Shown piece after piece: positions 1 to 10,366 of a DNA stretch of 57,552 bases. The stretch lies in IMG/VR virus record IMGVR_UViG_3300025276_000005, positions 1 to 57,552 of that record; one strand, 5' to 3'. The translations under genes were made by a program, and so were the position numbers. This stretch comes from a virus. Lineage: Duplodnaviria; Caudoviricetes. Below the pieces are notes generated by a model. That model saw only the letters and a program-made list of their open reading frames with translations. It was not told where the DNA came from and searched no databases. Position 1 is the stretch's first letter. Each line of letters opens with the position of its first letter.

Positions 1-127
1 CAAATAAAGGGTTCTCAAGTATACTATCTCTAGTCCCTACATTACCTTCGTTAATAGACTTTAAGTACCTATTGTCAAAAGATTTAGCAGCATCCTCGCC
101 AAACTTTTTCGTATCAAACTTATCAAT
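1..127. repeat. Terminal direct repeat, copy 1 (identical to 57426-57552); marks a circular or complete assembly
   Basis: CAAATAAAGGG...CTTATCAAT occurs at both ends of the window. It falls inside an ORF that reads through the junction. Confidence 0.97.
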
Positions 128-739
128 CTTTTGGTTTTGTTTATTCTGTAAGCTAAATATAGATGATATATCATTTGAGTCGGATGAAGGTACTCTTATC
201 TTACCACCCTTACCATCGTCTACCTCAATCATCTTTACAACAGAAAGCTGCCCCGTTATAGGGTCTATGACTATATCAGATGCTGATGGGTTTGAAAACT
301 CTTGTAGCTTAGCGTTATTACGAACCTCTAACTTAGATGCTATCGTACTAGCTCTAAGCATATCGTTTTCAAAGTTAGCGTTGAACTTCTTAGATATACC
401 AAACATATCGGTAGTACCCTGCTGAAGATTAGCACGCATAGCGTTATAATCCCTAAGCCTTATCTGTCCTGCTTTAAGTTTCTTATCTAGGTCAAGCATA
501 TATGTTGAAGCATTGTCTGCAAATGCAGCCATCCTTTGGTTGGCTCCTACGTTCTGACCTTGAGGAGTATCTTGTACTGTACGAAGATAATCGTTTGATG
601 CTTGGTCTATCTCAGCCTTTAAATCCTCACGTCTTTTAACTTCTTCATTTAACTTAGTGGTTAAGTCCGTACCTATCTGTCCCCAATTAATACCTTCAAC
701 AACAGGTCTTTTACTTTGTCCGTAGTATGATTTAGCCAT
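1..739 (-). CDS. N-terminal part of a ~688-aa probable internal virion protein that spans the contig junction (739->1, then 57425->56098)
   Basis: ATG at 739 (MAKSYYGQSKRPVVEGINWGQIG...). 739+1328=2067 nt, in frame with ORF 56098..57258, and no stop in 57259-57425. It lies between other virion genes. Confidence 0.85.
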   Translation of the reverse strand, partial: MAKSYYGQSKRPVVEGINWGQIGTDLTTKLNEEVKRREDLKAEIDQASNDYLRTVQDTPQGQNVGANQRMAAFADNASTYMLDLDKKLKAGQIRLRDYNAMRANLQQGTTDMFGISKKFNANFENDMLRASTIASKLEVRNNAKLQEFSNPSASDIVIDPITGQLSVVKMIEVDDGKGGKIRVPSSDSNDISSIFSLQNKQNQKIDKFDTKKFGEDAAKSFDNRYLKSINEGNVGTRDSILENPLF

Positions 740-741
740 TA

Positions 742-1503
742 TTAAAATTTTATAGGGTTACCATACATATCAACAGCGTCGGGCTGTTCATAAATATTAA
801 ATGAATTTTGTGGTAAAACTAGTTGATTCCCTGCTTGAGTGTTAAGACCCGCAGATGTTATGGGGTTTATTTGTGGAGCGTTATTAAATATATTAGGGTC
901 CATAATAGTCGGTAACATGCCTCCGGGATTTGGAGTGGCAGGATTCTGATTATACAATTCAGAGTTAGAAAGCATACTCATTCCGAAATCAGCAATACCT
1001 TGAACTCCTGCCGCTTTAGATTGGTTGGATGCATTCTGTGCCTGTGCTGATGCTATTCCTGCACCCTCAGCCTGTGCTAAAGATAAGTTAGCTCTTTCTG
1101 TTCCTAACCTCGAACCTTCAGTAGCCCCTAATTTATTTAAAGCCTCTAAGTCTTTAGTCTGTTGGTCTGTAATATTTTGCTGTGCTATGTTAGACTGAGC
1201 TAAAACCCTACCTGCAGTAGCAGCACCACCTCTCTGTGACTCACGACCAATCTCCATTGCTTGAGCTGCCTGCTGAGCTATAGCGTCTCTTTGGTTTTCA
1301 TATGGAGACTTACTGATACCAAGCTGCTCGAAGTAATTCACGTCAAGCTGAGCCTGAGCTTCTTTGAATGCTTTATCAGCGTCTCTCTGAGCCTCTTCAG
1401 CTAATCTTTTTTGCTTCCCTGCCTGTATAAATGAACCTCCTGCACTTAATGCTGAAACTCCTGCAGATATTGTTAACGCTGTTGCTGCGGTTATTACTCC
1501 CAT
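742..1503 (-). CDS. Probable internal virion (ejection/pilot) protein
   Basis: Hydrophobic Ala/Gly-rich N-terminus followed by Ala/Gln-rich helices, the typical pattern and position of podovirus ejection proteins. Confidence 0.6.
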   Translation of the reverse strand: MGVITAATALTISAGVSALSAGGSFIQAGKQKRLAEEAQRDADKAFKEAQAQLDVNYFEQLGISKSPYENQRDAIAQQAAQAMEIGRESQRGGAATAGRVLAQSNIAQQNITDQQTKDLEALNKLGATEGSRLGTERANLSLAQAEGAGIASAQAQNASNQSKAAGVQGIADFGMSMLSNSELYNQNPATPNPGGMLPTIMDPNIFNNAPQINPITSAGLNTQAGNQLVLPQNSFNIYEQPDAVDMYGNPIKF

Positions 1504-1504
1504 A

Positions 1505-1909
1505 TTATAATGCTTTAATCATTTCTTTATTGTATGAATCACCTGCCGTATAACCCTCTTGTTCATAAACACCAATAAGTCCGTTATGCTTTATTAAGGC
1601 ATAAGCGAACTTATTATCTAGGTTCTTTGCAACCGTGGTTAATGTCTGTATCAATATTGATAACGCTTCTTTACGTGATTCTTTATACTCCTTGTTTGAT
1701 ATAATCCAATCTACCCAAGCTACTTTTGAGTTGGTGTTGTATAGAAATCCTGCACATACAGGTGTATCACCATCCAAAACTATTATACCACCATTACCAT
1801 CCTGAGGTAAGAAGTCTCTGCTAGGAGCTTCCCATCCCCAATCCTTCCACCATCCCTTAAGGATGTTGTCGTAATCTTCGTGTGTAAGTGGTCTTGCAGT
1901 TAGATTCAT
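1505..1909 (-). CDS. GNAT-fold acetyltransferase-like protein in the virion module
   Basis: 134 aa with a GNAT-like pattern (GIIVLDGDTPVCAGFLY...YEQEGY). Located between tail and ejection genes, as T7 gp13-like genes are. Confidence 0.55.
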   Translation of the reverse strand: MNLTARPLTHEDYDNILKGWWKDWGWEAPSRDFLPQDGNGGIIVLDGDTPVCAGFLYNTNSKVAWVDWIISNKEYKESRKEALSILIQTLTTVAKNLDNKFAYALIKHNGLIGVYEQEGYTAGDSYNKEMIKAL

Positions 1910-1931
1910 CTAAAGGCAAAGATACTAAATT

Positions 1932-2726
1932 TTAAGGATAACTTTTCATTAGTTCCGACTCAATAGCAAATAGCTCACTTGCAGATGTTACTGTGCTAGG
2001 AAGTGTTAATGTTACGTCTGCGTAATGCCCCATAACACCAAGCGATTCAGCCTGTGCATCCTTGAAGTACATAACGAAATCATCTACTACCGGAGTATAT
2101 GACCCGCCTGATATATCTAGATTTATTTGGTTTTGAGTAGCGGTAACAGTAGTTGATGTTAATACACCAACAAACGAAAGCGTGCTTCCTGACCCTGCAT
2201 ATATTGAATCACCAACAGACATCTGACTGTTAAGCTGAATAGTCACTGCGAAAGATATTATACCAATACCACCACCACCTGTGAATGCAGTAGCCTCACC
2301 AACACCACCATTAGCTCGTGACTTAAAGTCAGACTCAGTTAACGCACCACCTGCAGTAGCACCATTGGTTCTAACGTAAGCAAAGTAGTTACCTTCTTTT
2401 TTTACAAACGATGTGTTATCTATAGAGCTTGACTGAGCCGCTACATCTGTAAGTAGTTCAGCAGACCACGCATCAGTAGACTCAAGGTTAAGCGTTTTAA
2501 ATAACTTATTATCTAAAGGACTTTCATTGATAACAGTCTTAATTATAGACGAATAAGTCGTTCCGTAATAACTGTTGCGAGTCTCGTTGGTGTTATGCCT
2601 GTATAACTGCCCATTTTTAAAGCTGTAAAGATAATTATTCATACCAATCATAAAATCAGGTACGTAGCTATAGAATGAAGGAAATCCTTTAGACCCTTCG
2701 CTGTATGTAAGTGTGTAGTTAGCCAT
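1932..2726 (-). CDS. Tail protein resembling the C-terminal part of crAss-like/P22 gp10-like tail stabilisation proteins
   Basis: TLTYSEGSKGFPSFYSY...YSFKNGQLYRH, KLFKTLNLES, FVKKEGNYFAY, GVMGHYADVTL and ELFAIES resemble motifs I recall from that region of the family. Confidence 0.6.
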   Translation of the reverse strand: MANYTLTYSEGSKGFPSFYSYVPDFMIGMNNYLYSFKNGQLYRHNTNETRNSYYGTTYSSIIKTVINESPLDNKLFKTLNLESTDAWSAELLTDVAAQSSSIDNTSFVKKEGNYFAYVRTNGATAGGALTESDFKSRANGGVGEATAFTGGGGIGIISFAVTIQLNSQMSVGDSIYAGSGSTLSFVGVLTSTTVTATQNQINLDISGGSYTPVVDDFVMYFKDAQAESLGVMGHYADVTLTLPSTVTSASELFAIESELMKSYP

Positions 2727-2727
2727 C

Positions 2728-3699
2728 TTAACAAGTTTGTATTTCAGTTACTACTCCGTCTTGAACTCTAAATGAGCCATTGTTTGCAGGGTCAACACCA
2801 CTTAAGTCTGCACCTGCAGCTTTATAATAACCATCAGGATAAAATGTACTTGCATTACTAGTTGAAAAAATCCAATCTTTTATAGATAAAACACCCGGTG
2901 TTGTTGATTTTACAGGTCCTATATAAGCAAGTCCTGATATTGAGGAACCACAAGCATTAGCGTGGCTATTTTGAGTACCTGACGTAGCTATTGATTGTAA
3001 TGTGGTTGGGCAGCCAATGGTTAGTAATGGTCCCGGACCACAAGGCAAGTCGAATTGAACATCAACTGAAGCAGGTCCGGGAGTGGCTTTGGGTATGTAT
3101 ACTACAAGGGTTCCTGCTGTGTATTGAGTAATGCCCGAAGATAATTGGTTAGCGTAAGACGATATGGTTGTTGTACCTGAATCATACCACACATCTAAAG
3201 TAGGGTTGTAATAAAAAATAGAGAAAGGATTACTTCCTCCACTATCCCAAGAACTACAAAAAGCTGTACCTCCTACACCCCAAAAATAACCTGTTTGAGA
3301 AGTGTTAGGAGCAGCTACCTGTGTAGGATAATTACTAGAAAGAGCAGTTGAAAAGTAATTATAATTATTACCTCCAAAAAGAAGGTTAACACCCGCAGGT
3401 CTTGAACCCACACCATTTAACACAACTCTAATAGCACCCGGACTATTTCCTGTAGTTACCGTAGCTCTAAGTGAACCTGAACCTTCAGTTAAAGAGAATA
3501 CAACATCTGTATCACAATCAACATTACACTCCGGGCAAGATACAGAAGGACCTAAACCCGCAGATGTTTGGTATCTATTGGATATACCGTCTGAATAATA
3601 ACCATCAGGGGCTAACGTAGTCATTTGTTGGTCTGTAAAAACTGCAGTAGCATTTGCTAACGTATCTGCGTTTATATAAAAATCTTCGAAATTTGCCAT
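2728..3699 (-). CDS. Putative tail-associated structural protein, Gly/Ser/Thr- and Cys-rich
   Basis: 323 aa, beta-rich composition, repeated PDGYY motif at both ends, located in the tail module. Confidence 0.55.
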   Translation of the reverse strand: MANFEDFYINADTLANATAVFTDQQMTTLAPDGYYSDGISNRYQTSAGLGPSVSCPECNVDCDTDVVFSLTEGSGSLRATVTTGNSPGAIRVVLNGVGSRPAGVNLLFGGNNYNYFSTALSSNYPTQVAAPNTSQTGYFWGVGGTAFCSSWDSGGSNPFSIFYYNPTLDVWYDSGTTTISSYANQLSSGITQYTAGTLVVYIPKATPGPASVDVQFDLPCGPGPLLTIGCPTTLQSIATSGTQNSHANACGSSISGLAYIGPVKSTTPGVLSIKDWIFSTSNASTFYPDGYYKAAGADLSGVDPANNGSFRVQDGVVTEIQTC

Positions 3700-3702
3700 A
3701 GT

Positions 3703-6700
3703 TTAACTGCAATCACAATTTGTTACTGTTATAGATACATTATTTGTTGAAGGGCTTATGTTAGGGTATGTCTGAGAACAAACACTAGCACCTCTTGACC
3801 CTCCTGCAAGAGTTTCACTAGCTGCACCACCACTTGTATTTGTGTATGATATTGTTATAGTTGTCTGACTATTATTTAGTATTTGATACTGTGTGTTTGT
3901 AGCTGAGCATCCACAATCACAACAAACAGCTTGTAAGTTTAAGGCAATTTGAGTACCCGCTTTTTGACATATCAAAGACAATGGCTTAAGCCTTAAATCC
4001 CAAACTAAATACAAGTAATCATAACTAGTTAAAGGTACTGTAAACGTAGCTGAACTAGTTATCCCCTGTGTTGATGGTATTAAAGTAGTGGTAGGAGCTT
4101 GTGTTTTAATTAAAGCTAACATTGCACTTAAGTCTGTCGAGTTATTACCATACAAAGTATTAGATGCTAGATACATAAACCTATCTGAAGACTCAATACT
4201 ATAGTTGTCAGTTGAATATGTATTAGAAATCATTGTCAACGTATTACCTTTTATTGGTATACCACCCTCACCTTGAAAACCATCTGATATTTGGTAGAAA
4301 GAAGAACCTACAATATCACTAGTATTATTGTTAAAATTAACAATTTGGTCAGGTGATGATGATTGACTAACACCTCCGAAGTACCTCCAATTATGATGTA
4401 TACTTTCTGTAGCATCATCATTGTTTGTTAAAACAATATCAACAACTTTTAATGGAGACCCTACAGGGCAGTTAGAAGTAATATTAAAGTCAGCATCAAG
4501 ACCTCCAATCTTAGTTAAAGTTACGTTATACTTAGATGGAGTCTGTTTGTTTTTAAAGAAAGTATTTACTCCTAAACCAAATATTGTTTGATTAATCTGC
4601 TCAATACCATCCCAACTTACAGTAAGATTTACAGGAGTTGCAACAGGTACTTCAGTATTTATATTGATATCACCAATTGCTAAAGGAGCTTCAACGCAAT
4701 AGCTAATACTATTTTCTTTTAAAATAAAAGACTGTCTCTGACCGCAGGGTATGCAATCCACTGTGGATGGTAATAACACATCATTACTAGATAAAACATA
4801 CTCATTCATATACGGGTCGTAACTACCTAACTTCTGTGTATTAAAGCTATCTTTAAATAAATCTCTAAACCAACTACGCATACCGTACTCTGATATAACG
4901 TTAAGTTGCTCTCTTGAATCATTACTACCTTTAAGCTGCAGTAAAGCACCTCTCTTAGCGTCAGTAAAAAACTTATCAACTCCGTATGCTACAAAACTTT
5001 CCGTATTATCACTAATACCAAAATCCTCAGTCCTAGCAACCTGTAATCCTAATACTTCGGGTACTGATGTAAGCACATTACCTCCTGAAGCATCTGATAA
5101 TAAGTTCTTACCCGTTAATACATATGAAATCTTATCCTCTTGAAGTACAAGTATATCAGTCTTACGAGCAAACATTTTATTTATAGGACCAAAAGAAGCT
5201 TCTACAGATTTAAAATTTAATAACCCTAAATTAAATTCATTAAGCCTATTTAAGTTAGTCTCGTCATTATAAATACCACTGTAAGTAATGTCACTATTTC
5301 TATACGCTTTCTTGTAATCTTGCTCTGAAACAGTAGTTACTCTATTACCTAAAGACATAGCCTTTCCTTTTATAGAGTCCCTTATTGTATAGCTTTCAAC
5401 ACCATTACCAAACGTGTAACAATTTGCAAAGTTTAAAAAAAGTTTAGCAGGTTGTGTGGCAGTCTGTGCTTGGTCAAAAGGACTAGCAAAATTACCACCA
5501 TCTAAATGGTGTCCCGTTGTCTTGTCTATTGGGTAAGAATCTTGACCTTCGTACCATACATCAGGTAATGATTCAGATGGCTCTGTTTCAAATGCCATTA
5601 TTTCGTTAGCTCTAAATATTTCAAAAGTAGCTCTTATCTGAGCATCACTACCGCTTCCCGAACAAGACTCTGTACCTGACATTAAGAATTTTAGCTCATT
5701 ATTGACTGTATCTTTAAACCATTGGTATCTATTTGTAGTAAATGAAGCTTGATTTTTAAATGAATTAACATTAGTTTGTAATTCACTATCATAAAAATTA
5801 TTAACATCTGAAGGAGTCCTTTCTCCTGTGTCAATGATGTCGCCTATATTCTCATCGTTCCACCATTCAATAATATTAGGATAAGAAGCAGGTGATGTAA
5901 ATTCTTTTTTTAACTTATAGCTTCTGTATTCACATCTATTTCCACGTTTATTTCTGTAAAAATCAAAATTTATTGTAATCCTAGAGCCTGCAGGTATATC
6001 GTATGCTGTATACGTACCACCATCAAAAGAGCCAAAACCCGTATACGAAAGAAATACATTATCTCCTCCTGAATTTTCTTCAGCATGTTTTTGACCGGGT
6101 AGTATTGCTGAGTCTACAGATGTAGCTGTAGAAAAATTATTAGCCAACATCTTCATGTAAACGCCTGACGGAGTATCTACACCTGATATAAATGTATCGC
6201 TTTGAGCTTTTTTCTCTAGTACTGTAGCAGACACACAACTAGGTAAAGGACCTGCTGAATCTTTTTTAACAGTATACACATCTCCTTCCTCAACTTTAGC
6301 TATATTCTCACCTTCTAATAAAAAGTAAGTATGGCTATCAGATGGGTCAGTAAAATAAAATCTAGTGTATATAGTCTCGTAATTCTCAGCATCAGGTTTT
6401 ATAACGAACTTATATCTAGTGGCAAAAGAAGGTGCAAGTTGAGGTATTGGTATTGTTAATTTTATTTTGTTTTGTGTAACGCTTGCTGCGCAAGGTATTC
6501 TTATTGTATTGTTAGGGCTAACTAAAGCTGTTGTAGCTCTATTAAAGTCATCCATATACACTATACCAACTTCGTAACCTCTATTACTATGCAAGCTTTG
6601 AGGGCTACTTATTGCCTGAAAAAAAGTTTCTACGTTAGTTACTTTATAATACTCATACACTGTGTTAACAGGTAGTGGATTGCTTGGTTCTGAAGTATAA

Positions 6701-8352
6701 GACATTGCAACAATAGTTATTTCTAAAGTTGTATCATTAATAACTGCGGCTAATATTGGTTGGTCTACAGCTGTTATTCCACTTTTATATTTAACATAAG
6801 GCTCTGCTCCATTGTTTTCTAAAGAAGCTAATAACGAGCAATTAAATGTATCAGTAAATGTTGTCCCAAGGCAAAATGTAGCTGAAGATGTCTTTATATT
6901 TGAAGGCTTACCAATCTTAGATTGAAAATCATTACTTTCAATTAACTCCGTAATACTGCTAAAGTTTTGAGGTAAAGTATAGCTAAACCCCATGTCTATA
7001 TTTTGATTGGAAGTGGATGGGTCCGGACTTGGGGTTCCTGAAAATTGAGACCCACTAACCCTAAAACTAAAACTTAATATAGAGCCTGTCTTTAAATCAG
7101 TATCTATATCTAATAAAGGTATTTGAATTTTACCTTCTGAAGTTACTGAGCCATCTATAGTATATGTTTTGTTAGATACACTCTCACCTGTTATCTCTGT
7201 AATACCAAGGTCGTTTTGTTCTAGTTCAGTAAAATAATCTAACCTAGTATTTACTCCATCTCTATTTAAATCATAACCATCTACATAGTTACCGTACATA
7301 ATACGGTTACCCATAAGCGTTTGTGTCTTAGACAATAATGGTACGTTATCATACAACCTTAATATTTCACCACTTGATAATATTGTAAATATTTTATTGT
7401 CAGTAAATGAATAGTTGTACAACTCATTATTTAAATAACCTAATTCTATTTTATTAAGTGACTCAATGATTTTTATCTGTGAAGAATCTGAATCTTTAAA
7501 TAATATTTCTATTTCAGTAACTCTTTTATTTCCTGAATTAAATAATATTGTAGCGTTATTAAATGAGTTAACCATACCTTCGTTAAGGTTTGTCTCAACA
7601 GATAAATTAAAAGGCTTGGTGTTAAATACGGGATTTGTAAATATAGACGTAGCAGAGTACTCATTGTCCTCATACTTATACCTATAACCAAAGCATAAAA
7701 ACTCATTCTCTAAAAAAGAATCACTACCCCCATTATTAATACCTGTAACTAAAGGTGCTTGATGTGGTGGCTTAACTATTACTAATAAATCATCAGAAGA
7801 AAATAAGTCGCTGTCCGCTAAACCTGCGGGATAAGCGTAACTTTTATTTACGTTTATTTTTCTAGGAGGATTATAATTATCTGTAAAAAATAATAAGTTA
7901 CCCACCTTATTAACCTCTGTAATTAAATAAGTAGGGTTAAAATTTAAAGTGGTATTAGTAACATCCTCAGCGTTTTTAAAACTTACAACGTGGTATTCTG
8001 AAGCTCTAGTCTTAGTATTAAATGATACTATCAAATCAGCCTTACCTGTAGATACAAGAGGTTGATTGCTATCGTGTATAAACCAATATATAGTCTCGTT
8101 AGCCCCGTCTTCAAAAGCACCTATACACCTAGCATCATTACTTAAGTCATATTCAGTAGTACCAAATACACCCAAGTTTACAGTTGTTAAAAGCTCATTA
8201 CCTTTTGAGTTTTCAACAGAACCAATCTCTGAATCCTCGGTAGACCCAAGGCGTACATTTAACGCATCAATGTACTGACCGTTAGGCACAAGTCTCTCAT
8301 CAAGAGACTTATTCATCTTACCCGCTATAAAATTTCTTTTACTATTAGCCAT
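3703..8352 (-). CDS. Tail stabilisation/nozzle ('muzzle'-like) protein, 1549 aa
   Basis: N-terminal GKMNKSLDERLVPNGQYIDALN, LLFFTDNYNPPRKIN, GNRIMYGNY and NGVESYTIRD motifs are typical of crAss-like stabilisation proteins. It follows the ring-protein genes. Confidence 0.75.
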   Translation of the reverse strand: MANSKRNFIAGKMNKSLDERLVPNGQYIDALNVRLGSTEDSEIGSVENSKGNELLTTVNLGVFGTTEYDLSNDARCIGAFEDGANETIYWFIHDSNQPLVSTGKADLIVSFNTKTRASEYHVVSFKNAEDVTNTTLNFNPTYLITEVNKVGNLLFFTDNYNPPRKINVNKSYAYPAGLADSDLFSSDDLLVIVKPPHQAPLVTGINNGGSDSFLENEFLCFGYRYKYEDNEYSATSIFTNPVFNTKPFNLSVETNLNEGMVNSFNNATILFNSGNKRVTEIEILFKDSDSSQIKIIESLNKIELGYLNNELYNYSFTDNKIFTILSSGEILRLYDNVPLLSKTQTLMGNRIMYGNYVDGYDLNRDGVNTRLDYFTELEQNDLGITEITGESVSNKTYTIDGSVTSEGKIQIPLLDIDTDLKTGSILSFSFRVSGSQFSGTPSPDPSTSNQNIDMGFSYTLPQNFSSITELIESNDFQSKIGKPSNIKTSSATFCLGTTFTDTFNCSLLASLENNGAEPYVKYKSGITAVDQPILAAVINDTTLEITIVAMSYTSEPSNPLPVNTVYEYYKVTNVETFFQAISSPQSLHSNRGYEVGIVYMDDFNRATTALVSPNNTIRIPCAASVTQNKIKLTIPIPQLAPSFATRYKFVIKPDAENYETIYTRFYFTDPSDSHTYFLLEGENIAKVEEGDVYTVKKDSAGPLPSCVSATVLEKKAQSDTFISGVDTPSGVYMKMLANNFSTATSVDSAILPGQKHAEENSGGDNVFLSYTGFGSFDGGTYTAYDIPAGSRITINFDFYRNKRGNRCEYRSYKLKKEFTSPASYPNIIEWWNDENIGDIIDTGERTPSDVNNFYDSELQTNVNSFKNQASFTTNRYQWFKDTVNNELKFLMSGTESCSGSGSDAQIRATFEIFRANEIMAFETEPSESLPDVWYEGQDSYPIDKTTGHHLDGGNFASPFDQAQTATQPAKLFLNFANCYTFGNGVESYTIRDSIKGKAMSLGNRVTTVSEQDYKKAYRNSDITYSGIYNDETNLNRLNEFNLGLLNFKSVEASFGPINKMFARKTDILVLQEDKISYVLTGKNLLSDASGGNVLTSVPEVLGLQVARTEDFGISDNTESFVAYGVDKFFTDAKRGALLQLKGSNDSREQLNVISEYGMRSWFRDLFKDSFNTQKLGSYDPYMNEYVLSSNDVLLPSTVDCIPCGQRQSFILKENSISYCVEAPLAIGDININTEVPVATPVNLTVSWDGIEQINQTIFGLGVNTFFKNKQTPSKYNVTLTKIGGLDADFNITSNCPVGSPLKVVDIVLTNNDDATESIHHNWRYFGGVSQSSSPDQIVNFNNNTSDIVGSSFYQISDGFQGEGGIPIKGNTLTMISNTYSTDNYSIESSDRFMYLASNTLYGNNSTDLSAMLALIKTQAPTTTLIPSTQGITSSATFTVPLTSYDYLYLVWDLRLKPLSLICQKAGTQIALNLQAVCCDCGCSATNTQYQILNNSQTTITISYTNTSGGAASETLAGGSRGASVCSQTYPNISPSTNNVSITVTNCDCS

Positions 8353-8353
8353 A

Positions 8354-9277
8354 CTACTTAATCCACTTGTTTTGTCCTCTTAGATTCATAAGCAATCTAC
8401 CCGGATGAATATTACTAATTCTTATCTTTGCGTTACGTAAAAGAGCAGCCTTCTTTTTCTTGGCTCTATTCACAACGTACTCCTGAACTCCTAACTTACT
8501 ATCTAATATAGAGTATTGTATGTATGCGTAAACGTACTCCTCAAACAATTTATTAACTGTTATAAGAGAATTATCACCACCCTCCATACCATCAGATACG
8601 TACTCTACTATCACACTCTTGCCTGACATTGTAGAATCAAAATTAATAACGCCTGCCTTAGCATCTATCCTAAAGGTAGGGTTAGCGTTAGCTGTCTCCG
8701 TGTTAAGCCCGTAGCGAGCTCCTATAGCAAAATCAAAGAACCAATTACCATCACAGCAGTAACCTTCTGCGTTATTATACGCACTATTGCTGTTTAAGTA
8801 TATACTCTTCTTAGTTCCTTTTATACGTGCAACATCAATTGGTGAGAATTCAGGCTTTAATACGCTTCCCGATTCATCAAACAATATATTTAAATTATTG
8901 TCCTGAAGATAAGCTTGTGCCGAAGTAAGTTGAATATTCTCTGTCATTGGTCTTAGTACACCATTCTCAAACAAAGATATACGAACCCAATTAACGTAGT
9001 CTGACGGCAATATAAATCGAACCGCATCGTTTACTGTTAGCTCTAACGCTTTAATCTCTTTAAACGCATCGTAGTTAAGCTCCTGAACTGCACGTTTAGC
9101 GTGAAACAGAATCTTATAACGCTCTTCGTTATTTATTAAAGAGTGGTTACCTTGGTACATTAACATAAAGTTGTTAACTATATCCTTCAAGCTAACGTAT
9201 TGGTACGAACCCCAATTAGCATCTTCAGGATTTGCTCCTGAGTTTTCATAGTACTGATACTGAGATATATATGCCAT
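8354..9277 (-). CDS. Tail ring/tubular structural protein
   Basis: 307 aa; HAKRAVQELNYD, LPSDYVNWVRIS and VEYVSDG motifs; adjacent to the nozzle gene. Confidence 0.65.
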   Translation of the reverse strand: MAYISQYQYYENSGANPEDANWGSYQYVSLKDIVNNFMLMYQGNHSLINNEERYKILFHAKRAVQELNYDAFKEIKALELTVNDAVRFILPSDYVNWVRISLFENGVLRPMTENIQLTSAQAYLQDNNLNILFDESGSVLKPEFSPIDVARIKGTKKSIYLNSNSAYNNAEGYCCDGNWFFDFAIGARYGLNTETANANPTFRIDAKAGVINFDSTMSGKSVIVEYVSDGMEGGDNSLITVNKLFEEYVYAYIQYSILDSKLGVQEYVVNRAKKKKAALLRNAKIRISNIHPGRLLMNLRGQNKWIK

Positions 9278-9981
9278 TATTGTTGTGTGTTATTTTGTTG
9301 TTCTTCTACCTGCGCAAACTGTACCACCGCTGATTCACGTATCTCTACGCCTGCGTATAGACATATCTTTATAACCAAGTCGTTTAAATTATCAAGCGGT
9401 AGCTCAAAGTCTTGGTAATCTACTGCTGATTGATTTAATACAGGTGCTTGCGAGCTTAGTGCTGCAAAGTAAGTCCATTTAGGTGTTAGTGGATACCGCA
9501 CGTACTGAGCTGATATATCACTAGCTCCTGTTATTGTAGTAGGGTACGCAGTCATTATAGACCCTTCAGTAGTATAAGCAGGAAATTCTTTACTTGGTGC
9601 TGTAATCATAGAGTTTAAAAGCATAGAAATCTTACCTTGATTAACACGCTCTACCTCTAAACCATTATACATAACCCTATTCATTAAATAATAATCAGAT
9701 GGCATTGTGTAGGTATTATCTGCGGCTGCCGTCTGAACTAATGGAGCTGTCTTTGAAAACAAGTCAATCACCTCAAGTATACCCTTGGATAAGTTAGCGT
9801 AATCAGTACCTGACCTACGAGCATTCTCTAGGTTAAGCTGTGTATTGTATTGGTAAAAGTAATCCTCAAATATCTCTAACTGAGCTTGTTGTGCGTACAA
9901 GTTAAAGTCTGATGGGGAAAGGTATCCGTAGTTATTCTTATTAAGTATAGCAAGGACCGTATTTCTTACTGCATCTATCAT
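9277..9981 (-). CDS. Head-tail connector/ring protein
   Basis: 234 aa; LNKNNYGYLSPSDFNLYAQQAQLEIF and YVRYPLTPKW...DFELP; position downstream of the capsid genes. Confidence 0.65.
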   Translation of the reverse strand: MIDAVRNTVLAILNKNNYGYLSPSDFNLYAQQAQLEIFEDYFYQYNTQLNLENARRSGTDYANLSKGILEVIDLFSKTAPLVQTAAADNTYTMPSDYYLMNRVMYNGLEVERVNQGKISMLLNSMITAPSKEFPAYTTEGSIMTAYPTTITGASDISAQYVRYPLTPKWTYFAALSSQAPVLNQSAVDYQDFELPLDNLNDLVIKICLYAGVEIRESAVVQFAQVEEQQNNTQQ

Positions 9982-10007
9982 CTTAAAATCTTTTCACAAA
10001 TATACGC

Positions 10008-10038
10008 AAAAAAAAAGAGCCCTATAAAAAGGCTCTTT
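10008..10038 (-). terminator. Intrinsic terminator downstream of the small paralog cluster
   Basis: AAAGAGCC-N9-GGCTCTTT hairpin followed by a poly-T run on the minus strand. Confidence 0.75.
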
Positions 10039-10059
10039 AGTAGTTTAATTATAATGCTA

Positions 10060-10365
10060 CTAATTTACATAGTAGTTTGTTATCTCTATAGGAGGAGTTA
10101 TATCAAGAACAAGAGACGTTGCATTTGCATTCTGTGCCTGTATCATTTTATCTTGAAAAAAGTTCCTCATTTGTTGAGGAAAAGTTTGATTACTTCCTGT
10201 AAAAAATAAATTTAAAACATCAGAGTTTGGGGCAGCAGACTTACCATAAGTTAATGTAATACTACTTACACCAATTTCAATAGCTGCTAAGTTATCTATA
10301 CCTACCAATAAATCTCTTTCACCTTCGCTTGTTTGAGAAGCTTTAAATTTTAAAAACTTTGCCAT
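10060..10365 (-). CDS. Small putative structural protein, paralog 4
   Basis: Begins MAKFLKF; resembles the three neighbouring ORFs. Confidence 0.6.
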   Translation of the reverse strand: MAKFLKFKASQTSEGERDLLVGIDNLAAIEIGVSSITLTYGKSAAPNSDVLNLFFTGSNQTFPQQMRNFFQDKMIQAQNANATSLVLDITPPIEITNYYVN

Positions 10366-10366
10366 A

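Noticed and set aside
1-127. 127-bp terminal repeat as a biological direct terminal repeat
   Set aside because: It lies in the middle of an ORF that reads through the junction, and 127 is a common assembler k-mer length, so it is best read as a circular assembly overlap.
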